NCBI GenBank assembly: GCA_973895155.1
Contig: OZ316897.1
Span: 708,515-772,514, forward strand
From: Marsupella aquatica
Lineage: Eukaryota; Plantae; Marchantiophyta
Direction of reading: 5' to 3'
Length of the DNA: 64,000 bases
Position 1 is the first letter of the stretch; each line of letters starts with the position of its first letter. The notes under the pieces were generated by a model. It searched no databases. It was given only the letters and a program-made list of their open reading frames with translations, and was not told the origin of the DNA. Both the position numbers and the translations under genes were made by a program. Of the stretch, positions 1 to 14,179 are shown piece by piece.

Positions 1-2090
1 TTCCCAACCCACTTGAAAGCTCGCAAAAAGAGTGAGTGAGTCTCAAGTTGTGTCATGTCAAAGTTGGCCCTCCTTATTTACTAGTTCTTACTTACTACCC
101 CGACCTATCAACTTACTTTCCTTACCCTAACGGCCTTGCACCTTTACCCTGAGGTACTCTCTTCTCCATGTATCCTAACTTGGGTGACACGGGTGCAAGA
201 AGTGTTGGCCTAAAAACCTGGTCTTACTTCCCCCATGCCGACTCCCGTTTGCCAGCTATGGGGACCCCCTCGTGGCCTCTGCTAAAAATATATTTGAGTG
301 ATTATTTTTCTGGGTTTCCACCTTCACCAAGGGGTGCCTTACCTTCCCCTAACTCAGCACAAAAACACTTGGGCCCCAACGGATACCCCTAGCCAAAGTT
401 ATGCCCATTCTCCCAAGGCCTATTTTTGGTGTAAAGCGGATGTAAGCGGCAACCCGATTACACTTGAACCTTACACGCCCCTTATGGGGATTCCACGTGT
501 CATGAGGGGAGAGTACTCTCATTATACTCACGTTTCTTATGAAGAAGATTGATAAGGACACCAATTTTTGCAGCATTTTCCTCTCTCTTGAATTCAATCT
601 GAAACAACAGCATTCTCTATTGGATCAAATGACAGTAGGTCAATTGATAGCTCAGCCAGGTCTACAGCACCCTTCTCAGTCCACCTCCATAGCCATCCAG
701 CCTTGCAAGTGATTCAAAATCACAGCAGAATTTTGCAGCAGCCATAGCCCACCAATTCGCAGCTTGTAGCATAACAGCACAGCAGCAGATTCGAAGCATA
801 GCAGCTGATTCGAAGCACAGTAGCAGCAACCATAGCTTGATTCCTTCTCAACAACTAGCTCTATTCCAATCACTTAGCCAAGCAGGTCTCTCTTCTCAAT
901 TTCGTAGTTGCCCACCTTTGCAATTTCGCAGCTAGCAGCAACATCCATCAATTCAGCAGCATCAAGGCAGCTGCCAGCCAATTCTCGTGAGCATCTCATG
1001 CCTGATTAATAACAGCACCTCTAATCTATTGTGCCGCTGCCATAGCAGCAAGCAACCTTCCCAATTCAAAGCCAGCCTCCCTATTCCAATCAGCAGCCAT
1101 AGCTCACAATTCAATTTCACAGTAGCAGTTGGGTCAAGTCCTTCTCAGCAGCAGCTAGCTCAATTCAATCCCGCACCTGCCTATTCAGATCAAGAGTGAC
1201 CTATTTTGATGAGCACCAGCCCTTCAATTAGCCCACCTCGTGCATTCATGCCCATGTCGTGCTTGCCTGACCTCGTGCTAGTCTGGTCGCAGCCGCGTCG
1301 ACACGTTTTGACACTGAGAAAAATTTCGTTTTCCTCTCAGGAGAAACAGTTATATTGGCCCCTCTTGAAGGCCATGCCATAATTCACTCAAATGTCCAAA
1401 CGTACTTCTGAGCACATTTCTGGAATCCTTGGACATAGGACTCACTCCTAAATTTATCAAACTCTCTAAAAACTCCATAACGACTTTTCTAAAAATACAT
1501 AAGTTTGACCATATCTATTAAAGCGCATTACTATTCCCAATCTTTGAGGTGTTCCTAAAAAGTAACAAAAGGTGACAAATTATTTCTGAGACAATCCAGG
1601 GATATTATGGTCTATACTAAACTCAATTCTAACCTCGAATCCACAAAATTTACCCCTTGGCTATTTTCTCCGGGGCCCGCTAGTTGGTTATTTTAATTTC
1701 TGTCAAAATACTCACAACTCCTAGGTTGAGACCCCACTTGACTTCATACTTTTTCAGGGTTCCCTAGGGACCTCCCAGCACCCATGGGAGAAATATCAGC
1801 CAAAAATAAGATGTCAGGTGTAGGGTCATTTTCCGGTCCCGACTTAGTCGCCTATCCTAACTAAGGGTGGAACATTTGCTGCCTACCAAAATCACATTAC
1901 TTATCCCTTTACATTTGCTTAGAACAACACATTTTTTCCCTTCCATGATTTCCTACTAACCTTCCCTAGTGACTTAGGGTTGTAAACCCTAAGTACTTTG
2001 CTAACACTACAACAACTTTCTTACTATTCCTTGTACAAACAAAAAAAAATTGACAAGTTCCTTACATACCCTATATTGAGCCGGTCCACA
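1..2090 (-). mobile_element. LTR-like repeat copy 1 (runs off the left window edge), non-coding
   Basis: Diverged direct repeat of ~2612-4694. The minus-strand start TGTGGACCGGCTCAATATAGG at 2090 is preceded by a purine-rich tract (AAGGAGGCAAGG, 2091-2102) resembling a PPT. Confidence 0.65.
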
Positions 2091-2611
2091 CCTTGCCTCC
2101 TTGGCCTTGGTTTTGTACTAGCACAATCATCCCCTTCAAGCTTAGACCAAGATTACAACCTAGCATGGATTCTTCTCTTGCTCTCATACACTTCAAATAC
2201 ACTCACACTTAATGGTCACAATGAAGATTGGCAAGTCTCCTTTTATTGCATCATCTTTACAACAAAATTTTACTACACATTCTCCACACTAAGCATGGAC
2301 CGCCTCTCCCTTCTCAAGCTTAGCCTTACCTTGGCAAGGTAGAGATTCCACTTAAGAGATAAGACTCCCGGTCCCTAACAAAGAAAAACTTCCTCCTTTT
2401 ATATTATTCTCCTTCCACACCACACCAAGCTTGACCTGGGGTCCAACTATACCTCCCCCAAATCTTCCTAACACACAAAGTCCAACTCTATAGTTCATAG
2501 CCCACCCTACTACTTGATATTTTGCCTCCTTCCAAGCCCTGGAATATGCCACACATGAATTGCATGCTTTGACCTCCAAACCTTCTCCCACCTATGGTCC
2601 TCCTCACCAAA

Positions 2612-4694
2612 TTTCCAACCCACTTGAAATCTCGCAAAAAGAGTGAGTGAGTCTCAAGTTATGCCTAGTCAAAGTTGGCCTTATTTTACTTATAACCCTT
2701 TTATTACCCTAAGTAAACTACCCCCTATACTTACTTCTCTTAACTTGATATCCTTACACCTTTGACCAAAGGTAAGTACCCTTCCCTAGATCCTAACTAA
2801 AGTAGTATGGGTGCGAGAAAGGTCAGTCCCTAAATCTGGTGTTCATTCCCCTATGTCGGCTCCGGTTTGCAAGCTATAGGGACCCCCTCCTGGCCTCGGC
2901 TAAAAATATATTTGGGTGATTAATTTTCTGGGTTTTAACCTTCACCAAGGGGTACCTTACCTTCTCCTAACTCAGCACAAAAACAATTGGGCCCCAACGG
3001 ATACCTGTAGCCAAAGTTATGCCCATTCTCCCAAGGCCTATTTTTGGTGTAAAGCGGGTATAAGTGACGACCCGATTACACTTACTCTTTACATGCCCCT
3101 TATGGAGATTCCAGGTGTCACCAGGGCCACGACTCTCATAAGGATCATGTTTCTTATCACTCAGGGCAGAGTTTACTAAGGAGATGACCCGTTTCTTCTC
3201 ACAACAGGATCGTGGATGAAGTAGCAGCATGAATCTCGTGTTGTTGGTCAGCAGCTTACCATAGTCCTCCATAGCTTGTAGCCAACAGCTCAATTCTTAG
3301 CTCTTCTGGTCAATTTTGCAGCTATCCATAGCTTTTTCAATTCATAGCTCGTAGATTGATTTGAGAGGCAGCACTTCTTCTAATTGTTGCATCAATCTTG
3401 AATTCTATAGCTGCGCCCTCAATTAGCAAGTTGTCTATAGCATCACCTAGTGTAGCCAGCCATAGCTCCATTCTCCAGCAGTCAGCCCTGTCAATTTTGC
3501 AGCTAGAATTTTGCAGCAGCCATTTCCCATCAATTCGCAGGTTGCCCTCTGTCTTCCTTGCAGCTGGTCCTCTTGATTTGCTACTACATTCAATCAATTT
3601 GCCAGCAGCCTAGCTCTATTCTCCAGCAGCCAGCCCTTCAATTTCGTAGCCCACCATAGCTCACAGCCAGCCAGCCATCTCCTGATCAGCAGCAGCCCAT
3701 TTTCTCCATAGCAAGCAGCTTGATTCCAATCAGCAGCATCAAGACAGCCAGGCAAGACAGTCTGATCAGCAGCTCAATTCAATTTCATAGTTGCCTCTTG
3801 ATCCCAATTTGAAGCACGCATCTCATGTATTGATCCTTATGGTGTTCTTGACCTTGTACTTGAGTCTCCCCGGCCTCGTGCTTAAGTTGTGGTCGCCGCC
3901 GACGCGGTTGACATTTAGAAAAAAATTCGAATTTTTTTGTTGGAAAAACAGTATTTCCGGGCCGTTTTGGACCTCCCCCAAAAATCACCCATGAGTCCAA
4001 AAGGAATTCTGAGTAGATGCACAGATTCTCTAGACAAAGGACTATGTACTGGTTTACTAATGTCTAAACAAAACCTTATAAACAAAATTCTAAAATTAGG
4101 TAAAGCGGGTTAATTCTTATGTTTTCCAAAATTCTTCTCAACTTTGAGATGCTCCCAAAAAGTAACCAAAGGTAACCAAGTCCTAACACAAGTTTCCAAA
4201 GATAGAGTGGACCAAATTTAACCCGCTTTCTAACTTGGAACCCCTACATTTCCCCATTAGCTATTTTTCCCAAGACCCATTATTTTGTTAATTTAAGTCC
4301 CACCAAAACACAAGGAAACCCTAGGTTGAGACCCCACTTGATGTCATACTTCACAGGGGTGCTCTAAGTACCTCCTAGCACCTATGGGAAAAATCTTTAA
4401 CCCAAACTAAGACTTCAAGTGTCAGATCATTTTCTGGCCCAATTTAGTCGTCTATTCTAACTAAGGACGGAACATTTGCTGCCCTACCATAAACACCTTA
4501 GTTATCCCTTGACACTTTCTTGAACCATCATATCTTCTCCCTTACATTATTTCCTACTAGCCTTCCCTAGTAACTTAGGGTTGCAAACCCTAAATACTTT
4601 GCTAGTTACACTCAAACGTCTTTCTTACTATTTCTTGTTCAAAAACCAAAAAATGACAAGTTTCTTACATAAACCTATATCGAGCCATTCCACA
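2612..4694 (-). mobile_element. LTR-like repeat copy 2
   Basis: Colinear with 1-2090 (e.g. CCAACCCACTTGAAA.CTCGCAAAAAGAGTGAGTGAGTCTCAAG near 3 and near 2614). The minus-strand start TGTGGAATGGCTCGATATAGG at 4694 abuts the satellite. Confidence 0.65.
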
Positions 4695-6985
4695 AGTTCA
4701 CTTTCTCGTTTGCTTTAGGTGAACAATAGAACCCTAGGGACCTGCTTAATTTGTAATGACTTTTTTCTTTTTAATGTCACCTTATTGTAGAGGATGGTAA
4801 CTAAATTGGGCATGCCTTATCTAATTTTCTTAGATTAATTTCTCACTATTAGATCACGTGGCTGGTAAGGTTCATGGTTAGGTGAAAACTGGCTAAATAA
4901 ATGGAAGAAAAAGAAAACACAGGGTAGCAATTTTTTGCCAAGTCCTCAAAGGCACTAGAGGGCGGCTGATGGAACATGGCTCTTAGGTGAACAATTCACT
5001 TTCTCATTTGCTTTCTAGGTGAACAATAGAACCCTAGGGACCTGCTTAATTTTTAATGATTTTTTCTTTTTAATGTCACCTAATTGTAATTAAACGATAG
5101 TAACTAAATTGGGCATGCCTTATCTAATTTTCTTAGATTAATTTCTCACTATTAGATAACGTGGCTGGTAAGGTTCATAGTTAGGTGAAAACTGGCTAAA
5201 TAAATGGAAGAAAAAGAAAACCCAGGCTAGCAATTTTTTGCCAAGTCCTCAAAGGCACTAGAGGGCGGCTGATGGAACATGGCTCTTAGGTGAACATAAC
5301 TTCACTTTCTCATTTGCTTTAGGTGAACAATAGAACCCTCGACACCTGCTTAATTTTTAATGATTTTTTTCTTTTTAGTGTCACCTTATTGTAAAGGAGA
5401 GTATATTGGGCATGCCTTATCTAATTTTCTTAGATTAATTTCTTACTATTAGATAACGTGGCTAGTAAGGTTCATGGTTAGGTGAAAACTGGCTAAATAA
5501 ATGGAAGAAAAAGAAAACCCAGGCTAGCAATTTTTTGCCAAGTCCTCAAAGGCACTAGAGGGCGGCTGATGGAACATGGCTCTTAGGTGATCGAAGAGAA
5601 CTTCACTTTCTTATTTGCTTTAGGTGAACAATAGAACCCTAGGGACCTGCTTAATTTTTATTGATTTTTTTGCCTTTTAATGTCACCTAATTGTAATTAA
5701 ATGATAGTAACTAAATTGGGCATGCCTTATCTAATTTTCTTAGATTAATTTCTGACTATTAGATAACGTGGCTGGTAAGGTTCATGGTTAGGTGAAAACT
5801 GGCTAAATAAATGGAAGAAAAAGAAAACACAGGGTAGCAATTTTTTGCCAAGTCCTCAAAGGCACTAGAGGGCGGCTATGGAACATGGCTCTTACGTGAA
5901 CAGTTCACTTTCTCATTTGCTTTCTAGGTGAACAATAGAACCCTAGGGACCTGCCTAATTTTTAATGATCTTTTTCTTTTCAATGTCACCTAATTGTAGA
6001 GGATAGTAACTAAATTGGGCATGCCTTATCTAATTTTCTTAGATTAATTTCTCACTATTACATAACGTGGCTGGTAAGGTTCATGGTTAGGTGAAAACTG
6101 GCTAAATAAATGGAAGAAAAAGAAAACCCAGGCTAGCAATTTTTTGCCAAGTCCTCAAAGGCACTAGAGGGCGGCTGATGGAACATGGCTCTTAGGTGAA
6201 CAGAACTTCACTTTCTCATTTGCTTTAGGTGAACAATAGAACCCTAGAGACCTGCTTAATTTTTAATGATTTTTTTCTTTTTAATGTCACCTAATTGTAA
6301 AAGATAGTAACTAAATTGGGCATGCCTTATCTAATTTTCTTAGATCAAGTTCTGACTATTAGATAACGTGGCTGGTAAGGTTCATGGTTAGGTGAAAACT
6401 GGCAAATGGAAGAAAAAGAAAACCCAGGAGCGCAATGTTTTGCTAAGTCCTCAAAGGCACTAGAGGGCAGCTGATGGAACATGGCTCTTAGGTGAACAGT
6501 TCACTTTCTCATTTGCTTTCTAGGTGAACAATAGAACCCTAGGGACCTGCTTAATTTTTAATGATTTTTTCTTTTTAATGTCAGCTAATTGTAATTAAAC
6601 GATAGTAACTAAATTGGGCATGCCTTATCTAATTTTCTTAGATTAATTTCTCACTATTAGATAACGTGGCTGGTAAGGTTCATGGTTAGGTGAAAACTGG
6701 CTAAATAAATGGAAGAAAAAGAAAACCCAGGCTAGCAATCTTTTGCCAAGTCCTCAAAAGCATTAGAGGCTGGCTGATGGAACATGGCTCTTAGGTGAAC
6801 AGAACTTCACTTTCTCATTTGCTTTAGGTGAACAATAGAACCCTAGAGACCTGCTTAATTTTTCATGATTTTTTTTCTTTTTAATGTCGCCTTATTATAG
6901 AGGATAGTAACTATATTGGGCATGACTTATCTAATTTTCTTAGATTAATTTCTGACTATTAGATAATGTGGCTGGTAAGGTTCAT
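4695..6985. repeat. ~300-bp satellite array, left block (~7.6 units)
   Basis: Unit TTCACTTTCTCATTTGCTTTAGGTGAACAATAGAACCCTAG...GGAACATGGCTCTTAGGTGAAC recurs at about 4697, 4995, 5301, 5602, 5904, 6207, 6500 and 6806. Confidence 0.97.
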
Positions 6986-7200
6986 CACAAGGAGGATATG
7001 CATGGTTTGGGTGCAGGGTATTTCCCAACATTCCCCTGGTAATTCATTGTTTGATAACAAAGAAGTAGGTATTCCGGCCATCTTGGGGTAATGCACCCAA
7101 ATTACCTGCTGAAGCCCACAGGTACCAGGGTATATCACACTCAGAGTATTTTGACCTCTCCCCTACGTGTCTCCAGGGAATTTAGCTACGTACAACCACC

Positions 7201-7985
7201 CACTTGTGAGGGGGTATTGTTGGGCTATTCTAACGGATGACTCCAATTGCAGGCGTGCAGGTGTAGGCTGTGGCGTCCGTGGATGTATTGGAGGATGATG
7301 TGCATTGCAACCATCCAATTTTCCCCCGCGAGGATGGTGAAAGTCCTACTTGCGATGGGGTATATTGCTAAGGTATTGTGACGGATGTGCTCCAATTGAA
7401 GGCATACAGGTGTAGGCTGTGGCGTCCGTGGATGTATTGGAGGATGATGTGCATCGCAACCATCCAATTTCCCCCCGCGAGGATGGTGAAAGTCCTACTT
7501 GTGAGGGGGTATTGCTGGGGTATTGTGACGGATGTGCTCCAATTGAAGGCGTGCAGGTGTAGGCTGTGGCGTCCGTGCATGTATTGGAAGATGATGTGCA
7601 TTGCAACCATCCAATTTCCCCCTGCAAGGATGGTGAAAGTCCTACTTGTGAGGGGGTATTGCTAAGGTATTGTGACGGATGTGCTCCAATTGAAGGCGTA
7701 CAGGTGTAGGCTGTGTCATCCGTGGATGTATTGGAGGATGATGCGCATTGCAACCATCCAATTTCCCCCCGTGAGGATGGTGAAAGTCCTACGTGTGAGG
7801 GTATTGCTTGTGTATTCAGACGGATGTGCTCCAATTGCAGGCGTGGAGGTGTATGCTGTGGCGTCCATGGATGTATCGGGGGATGTATTGGAGGATGATG
7901 TGCATCATTACAACCATCCAACTACCCCCCGTGAGGATGGTGAAAGTCCTACTTGCAATGGGGTATTGCTGGGGTATTCTGACTT
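7201..7985. repeat. Subterminal tandem repeat of the CACTA element, ~147-bp unit x ~5
   Basis: Unit CTTGTGAGGGGGTATTG...GAGGATGGTGAAAGTCCTA starts at about 7203, 7348, 7498, 7645, 7791 and 7952. Confidence 0.9.
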
Positions 7986-8309
7986 GGGAGGGGGTATTTC
8001 TGAGGTATTCTGATGGTATTTTCCGGATGTGCGCCGATTGGAGGCATCCAGGGGTCCACTGTGTGCCATCCGTGGATCTTGTGTGCCGGTATTTTGAAGG
8101 TATTCCGGGGATGTAGTGTTATTGGAGGCATACATGGGAGGTGGATCCGTGGAAAAATTCATGGGTACTTGGGGTTACTTCATTCAAATTGATAGACATA
8201 CAGATTTGACAATGTTTGATTATTTAGGAGCGCGCGCACAAGTCACAAAACTAGACATATATAAACCCCAAGCCCCTTCACCAGACGATGTTCTAGGTAT
8301 CTGACTACC

Positions 8310-11300
8310 TCAGTCTTTAGCAATATTATGTACAGCATTCTCGGGGAAGATCCTTTGCTTGCCTTCCGCATTGAGAACCGGTAGATCTCTAATGATTACT
8401 CTATTCTGCTCTAGAGCCCACCTGGCCACCATGTCTAATAACTCAGACACAGTCTTCTGAGTGTGTTTGGTGAATGGTTTAATTGGGGGAAGTCTTTGAT
8501 CGCTTGTTTGTATCTGCAACAAACATGTGCAGCTTGGCGTCCACTTCGCATGTCTTCATCAATCCCATGGCTCTCACGCAGACCACTAATTTGGCGTCTT
8601 TAGTGAGTGTGTCAAAGTCTTGCAAAAGTTTTAGAAAGATAGGGTGGATGTTTAAAAGCACAACAACGGCCCCTCACATCCGAAAACAACTTACACAGCA
8701 TATGATGCTGAACAGGATTTTTATATATGTTTACGTAGTGCGGCTGAACTATATATGTACTTACTATGTTTGAGTCTTCAGCAATGTGTGATTTGCCACT
8801 TAATCTGCTCCTAGTTCCTTGCACGCACGGAACTTCTGCCTTGTTTTCCTGAACATATATATAAAATGGGCAGATCATGAAACCTTAAGACCATTATGTT
8901 CTACCTCCACTTCATTATACACAAATGAATAATACTTTAAATGAATCTATTAGTTTAAACAAAGAACATCTTGAACTGACGGAATGTGTAATCATACCAT
9001 GTTCTTGCCAGTCAACAACCATTGTCATGCATCCTCCTGTACTTTTGTTGAAATTGCCCTAAATGAAGGTACATTTTCTTTGCTTGGATTTGGAACCTTG
9101 CCTCGTCGTGTTCTTGTCTTTCTCAATCTTTACCTACCATAGCACAAATCATCAATCAAGTCTCAAAAGCAGCTCTAAGAAACTTTTCAAGCATCACTTA
9201 CAGTAGTACGAGGGGAACCTGATCACATTATATCCACCTACAGAATGAAATATTACACATTCAGATTTGTACCTTGTACAAGAGAGGGTTGTTTTTGTCT
9301 GCAGTATTGAGCTGTCAACTTTTTGCCTCTTTACCTGCGGAATAAGTACATACCGTAAACAGATTGAATTAGTATTGTCACTGTGCAATACATTTACCAT
9401 ATATAATATAAGAGTGCAGCATGACGGTACTTACTTACCTCTTGTTGTTTTGTTTTATCATTAGGGCGCAAATAAGCACTTTCATCATCCTCATCAGATT
9501 GAATGTAAATCTGGGTGGACAGAGTGAAGCAATCAACATGCAAGTTGATAGTCAATGTCGACAATTGTTTTTGACTATCCTCATCTCCATTGTTGTGTGC
9601 AACCTCCTCATCTGCTTGAATTTCTTGCGCCTGCTGTGAAAACGAGCGGCTATGCAAGAGTGGTGACAACGGCTCTACCTCCGCTCCTTGTTTGCATCAT
9701 CTTCAGGGTCCGTTGATGTAGACGGGGATCCTGAAGGTTTCTTCTCTTCTGAAAGTAGCTGTTGCTTGTCGGCAGGACAGAGGCCGGAGGCCACATCATT
9801 GGAAGCCTTCCCTAAGACAGCAGAACCTTGGGGAGAAAGTCCTGAATACCCAAGGCACAATTTACAAGCCAGATTGGCACTCATGGAACAGTATGCCCTC
9901 GGAACAAAAATTAACATGCCCTACAGGAAATTAAATATGACAATATAATTAGAGTCCACAATGCAATATAAGAAATTGGGAAAGTATTGCACGTAGGCCA
10001 CAAATACCCCACTCTTACCCCCTCGTACCCCTATTACCCCACCCGCACCATTTGTACCCCACTCCTATTCTCATTCGTACCCCATTCGTACCCCAGATAT
10101 GCCCCACTCATGCCTCAAACGGATTCCATAAATAGTTTTCAAATTACAATGTACTCAACATTCAAGATGTACTTCAGATATAGGTCGGTGCATACTTACT
10201 GCCTTTAAGTTCCCAAACTGTACCATCTGAAGACCCTTTGCGGGTGTCATCAATGGCACCCAGAAAGATGATAACTTTGACTTATCACCATTAGACATGG
10301 CCTCCATGAACTTGAGCTTCCACCACCTTACCTTCTTAATAAGGTGGATGCTCTGTGGTATTCCACGACCAACCACTTCCCCACTATACTGCCCCCTATA
10401 TTTGATCGATTTATCCGCGTCTCTCACTTGCAATTCTGCCAAAGTGGGCTTGAAGGCATAAGCACGAAGTTCCACCAAATACTTGAGGTATGACTGTCCA
10501 TACTTAATGGCCAGAACCTCATCTTCATCTGCCTGTACCTTCATTTTTTTGAAGTCATCATCACGGTCTCTTTTTGCCCCGCTTTTTGCAGTAGTACTTA
10601 GGGAACCTGCAATGGAAGTACGTGCAATTGGAGATCAGGATTGTACACACACTAATGCGATGAACTCTCAAACAGAACATAAATCAAGACCGATGAAACT
10701 ACCTTCCATGTTCCTGCCGGTTGTTTTCCTCCATTCATGCTTTCTGTTCTTCACCACTTCAAAGAGAAAGGCCTCTGGCCAAGGCATCTCATGTTTAGCC
10801 CCTATTTTGGGACACACAAATTTCAGAGGCACAAGTTCATGCATTCTACTCTTAATATACAATTTGCACTTCTCCTTTATTTCTATGTTAGACTTGAAGT
10901 CCGCACTCAAGTATTCGTAGATCTCCTTGTTGGTGTCGTATGTGGAAAACCAGATCCTCATAGTTCTAAAGTTCGCCTTGTGGGCGATGTGGGCGTGCGC
11001 ATGACTAGTGGCCAGAATGGAAGTGCAGCAGATTTGTTTGTCACATTGAAAATGTCTTGGGGTGAAGGATAGAAGGACTGCAGCCACATTAATGCACGAA
11101 CAATATATTAGTGTGCGCGCTTTATTTTTGTCGAAGGGACCCTATTGGATATATGTAGTACAACATACAAAATTCAAACAAGCAGATCGATATACATGGT
11201 ATCACACAAAACAACCATACATCACGTATAGCAGGCACACAACAAGGATCATTTGTCATGAATACCCCTTTCTCTATTGCGCTGCATTTGGAACCAGTTA

Positions 11301-11817
11301 CTGGGGTCCCCGCTGGGGTCGACTTCTCTCCACCAGTGCCACAATCCACATGTGAGCCCGTATGTGAGGTCTCAATCTTAAGCGTATCAGCTGATCTACC
11401 ACTGCCTTGGAACATCATCAAAATGGGATCCTCTTTGACCGAGAGTGGTTGTAGGGCAGAGGTCCCCCTCTGAAGGGTATCTGAGTTTTTGCCCACGATG
11501 TCTAATCGCAACCACTCCGGATCACCTTCGACAATTGTTGTGTTTGGTTTGTCAGCTGGAACAAGCAACATCGGAAATTGTCTGTTCTTCATGTCCTTCC
11601 ATTCAGCCACCCACTTTCTCAAGGCTGCCATGTGCTTGAAGATATGTATCCCCAGAGTGGAAAAGAAGAAGGACCACTCATCATCGGTTCCCATAGCAAA
11701 GAAGCCATCCCCAGTAATTGCAAAGTGTTCGATCTTGGCGGAGTATATTGTTGTGCCTATACGTAACGCAATTTTCTCACACAACTCAGAAGTAGTCAAC
11801 TTGTCCAAGTTGGCCAT
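8310..11817 (-). CDS. Multi-exon CACTA accessory gene (possibly decayed) with an N-terminal SAM-like domain; exon structure only partly resolved
   Basis: ORF 11122-11817 begins ELCEKIALRIGTTIYSAKIEHFAITGDGFFAMGTDDEWSFFFSTLGIHIFKHMAALRKWVAEW, matching the SAM pattern (IG..Y......I.G......D....LGI....H...L). Further coding-like minus-strand blocks at 10668-11030, 10200-10600, 9500-9920 and 8310-8660 are separated by AT-rich intron-like gaps. Confidence 0.5.
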
Positions 11818-12024
11818 TGTAATGTAACGTGAACAAAAATTGGGTACTCCCTATGACACTGCACCTCTTGTGCGCACCTGATCCATGAGAAATTCCCTAT
11901 GCCATGAGGGACCTGAGGGAGGGGTCACCTAAGTACAATAAACATCGCAAGGCCAATGTGATAGGGAAAGAAGATTGGACACACACTCTTTTCTCCGCCT
12001 TGGAAATGGGTGGTTTGTTTCAAA

Positions 12025-12280
12025 AATATTTGAACAGCCCGCCGAGATTGGAGGTCCCCTTGAGAATGCGACACAATTCATTCGCCACCTCAATTTCTTT
12101 CTCAGATTTGAACAGCCCGCCAAGATTGAAGTGCCCCTCCAAGATGCGACACAGTGCACTTGCCACCCCAAGATTGAAGTGCCCCTTGAGGATGCGACAC
12201 AGCTAGTGCACTTGCTGCCTCAATTTCCCTCAATTTCTTTGTCAGATTTCAACAGCCCGCCCAAGTGTCCCCTTTGAAAT
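12025..12280. repeat. Degenerate short repeats upstream of the SAM-like gene
   Basis: TTTGAACAGCCCGCC..AGATTG.AG..CCCCT..AGA.TGCGACACA occurs about 3 times. Confidence 0.7.
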
Positions 12281-14179
12281 GGCGTTATATCCGCAGCCTC
12301 GGGCGCTCACCTCATCTCTGTTTGTTTGAACCCATAGAATTTCCTCATGATTACCAGGATGATTACACGGCTGATTTAATTTCCCCCACTCAATAAATCC
12401 ACGTACTTTGGATTTATGTGAAGGGCAGTCCACTATTCCGGAGGAGACAACCGCATGCCACACCTCCGGGCCGGAATCCAAAGCCAGAACTTCCGAAAGC
12501 TTAGTAATGGCTTGCCTGATTTTGAGGAAGGCATCCTATGTGGCAAAATACCCTTTACGGATTTTGTGGAGATAAGGCACGCGTCAATCGTCCCACCACT
12601 TTCAGATGGATTGTTTTTCTCCCGCGGAAACAATCATTCCTTGTTTGGTTACAAAACGGTGACAAAGGCACTGCATCTCCCATTTCCAATGCTCAATTCT
12701 CCACCTCCGCAAGAAGCACACAACAGATGATGGACTTTGGTACGGACTTTGGTACCAAAGTCCACGATGGGCCCTTACAACGACGGCTAAGGAGGTTGAC
12801 TGTTGTTCATTGAAAGTTCGCACGATTGCTTGTTGAGTACAGGAAGTTAATATGTACCTATTTCTTTGGACAATTCTCAGATGTATAGATCAGATGCATA
12901 CTATTTCTTGTTAAATTATATAGTATGCACGTATGATTAATTGTTTCCAATGTAAATCTGTTCACAGGTGTTGTACTCAACTGAATGGACAGATGTTTCC
13001 CCAACCTCGACCCCAACCCCTCCATGTATTCCTTTCCAAGCCCGGCCGGGCAACTTCCATCCCACCATACAATGCAACCCAGGCAAGAACGTTGAAACTA
13101 ATCATCATCTGAACCCAAGGCTGGCCAGCCATCCCCGTTTACCTTCGACCCCTAAACGAAGCATGCTTTAGTGCGAGATCAACATCTGATTGGTGATGTG
13201 ATCAAATTACAGCATCGCAGTAGGTAATCTCCATACTCTATTTACTTCATGCATCTTGCATGCATATTACAGTGATTGAAACGTTTACTGTCCACGCAGG
13301 TTTTCCAAGGCCGTGCAGATTTCACCCCAAAACAATGGAGGACCCCAATATATGAAGACAGTGGTGGAAAGCAGTGAATTCATCGGCCGCTAGGGGTTAC
13401 GTGCGGGATGCAATCTGGGTATGGTGTAGTATATCTAAGAGATTTGTTCCATGATGAGACCATTCCTAGTGTAGTAATTTTAATTAGTAGACCAGATCTG
13501 CCCGAGTAATCCTTTTGTTCGAGTTATTCTAATTATTGCACAAACATATACTAACACCAATGCCGTGCTGTCGTGCTGAAATTTTGACAGTTCTGACATG
13601 CATGTGAGGCCAAAGCTAGGTCTCTTCCTTTGGCGTACTTGACCTCAACTACACCTCTTCGTGTGGTCAGTTCTAGCTTGTCTATTACAGTGTAGACAGA
13701 TTCCCTAGTTTTTCTTGAAGCTAGCAGTACATGTTGTAAATGCTATTTCCCATGTGTACTAATTACTGGAAAGTGCTCTCGATTGCGTCCCAGGAATTGT
13801 TCTTCAAACAAAATCATGCAAAGTTCATGCTATGGACAATTGACCGGTGACGCCCTTGCAATGCACCACCCGTCATTTTGCTAATTAAGAATATAATTAA
13901 GTACCAATGGAAGAAAAAAACCTTCGGTGGAAATGATGTTGTGTCCTCATTGTGTCTCTGAAGCTGCTTGCTGTCTGGTTCTATGTATCTCTATGTTGGC
14001 CTTGTGTGCCACTTTTTGTTTGGATTGTTGATTACGGGAGATTGGGGAGGGGCCCTACCCAATGCTCCTAGAACTATGATGACCACTAAATGAATGTTGC
14101 TGCGATCCGCTAAAGCGCTAATAGTGGCTGAGTTCTGCTGGATAAGTGGCTGAGTTTTGCTAGATGAGTCCTACCTCCT

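Noticed and set aside
2180-2191. Possible degenerate tRNA-Met PBS between the tandem LTR-like repeats
   Set aside because: Two differences from consensus and no adjacent LTR terminus.
168-4000. Short ORFs in the left repeats
   Set aside because: No domain motifs; similarity between the ORFs simply reflects the DNA duplication.
4952-4967. GCACTAGAGGGCGG resembles an animal CTCF motif
   Set aside because: The context is plant-type and plants lack CTCF; probably coincidence.
4695-6985. Satellite as a 5S rDNA/snRNA array or a CRISPR array
   Set aside because: No recognisable 5S, tRNA or snRNA sequence; whole units repeat with no unique spacers.
7225-8162. Many overlapping ORFs
   Set aside because: Translations of the 147-bp tandem repeat.
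12743-12762. Perfect 20-bp palindrome GGACTTTGGTACCAAAGTCC
   Set aside because: Single occurrence beside a short local duplication; no supporting context.
12279-13450. Possible further plus-strand gene in the CACTA element
   Set aside because: Intron-like signals are present but all frames are broken and no motif was recognised.
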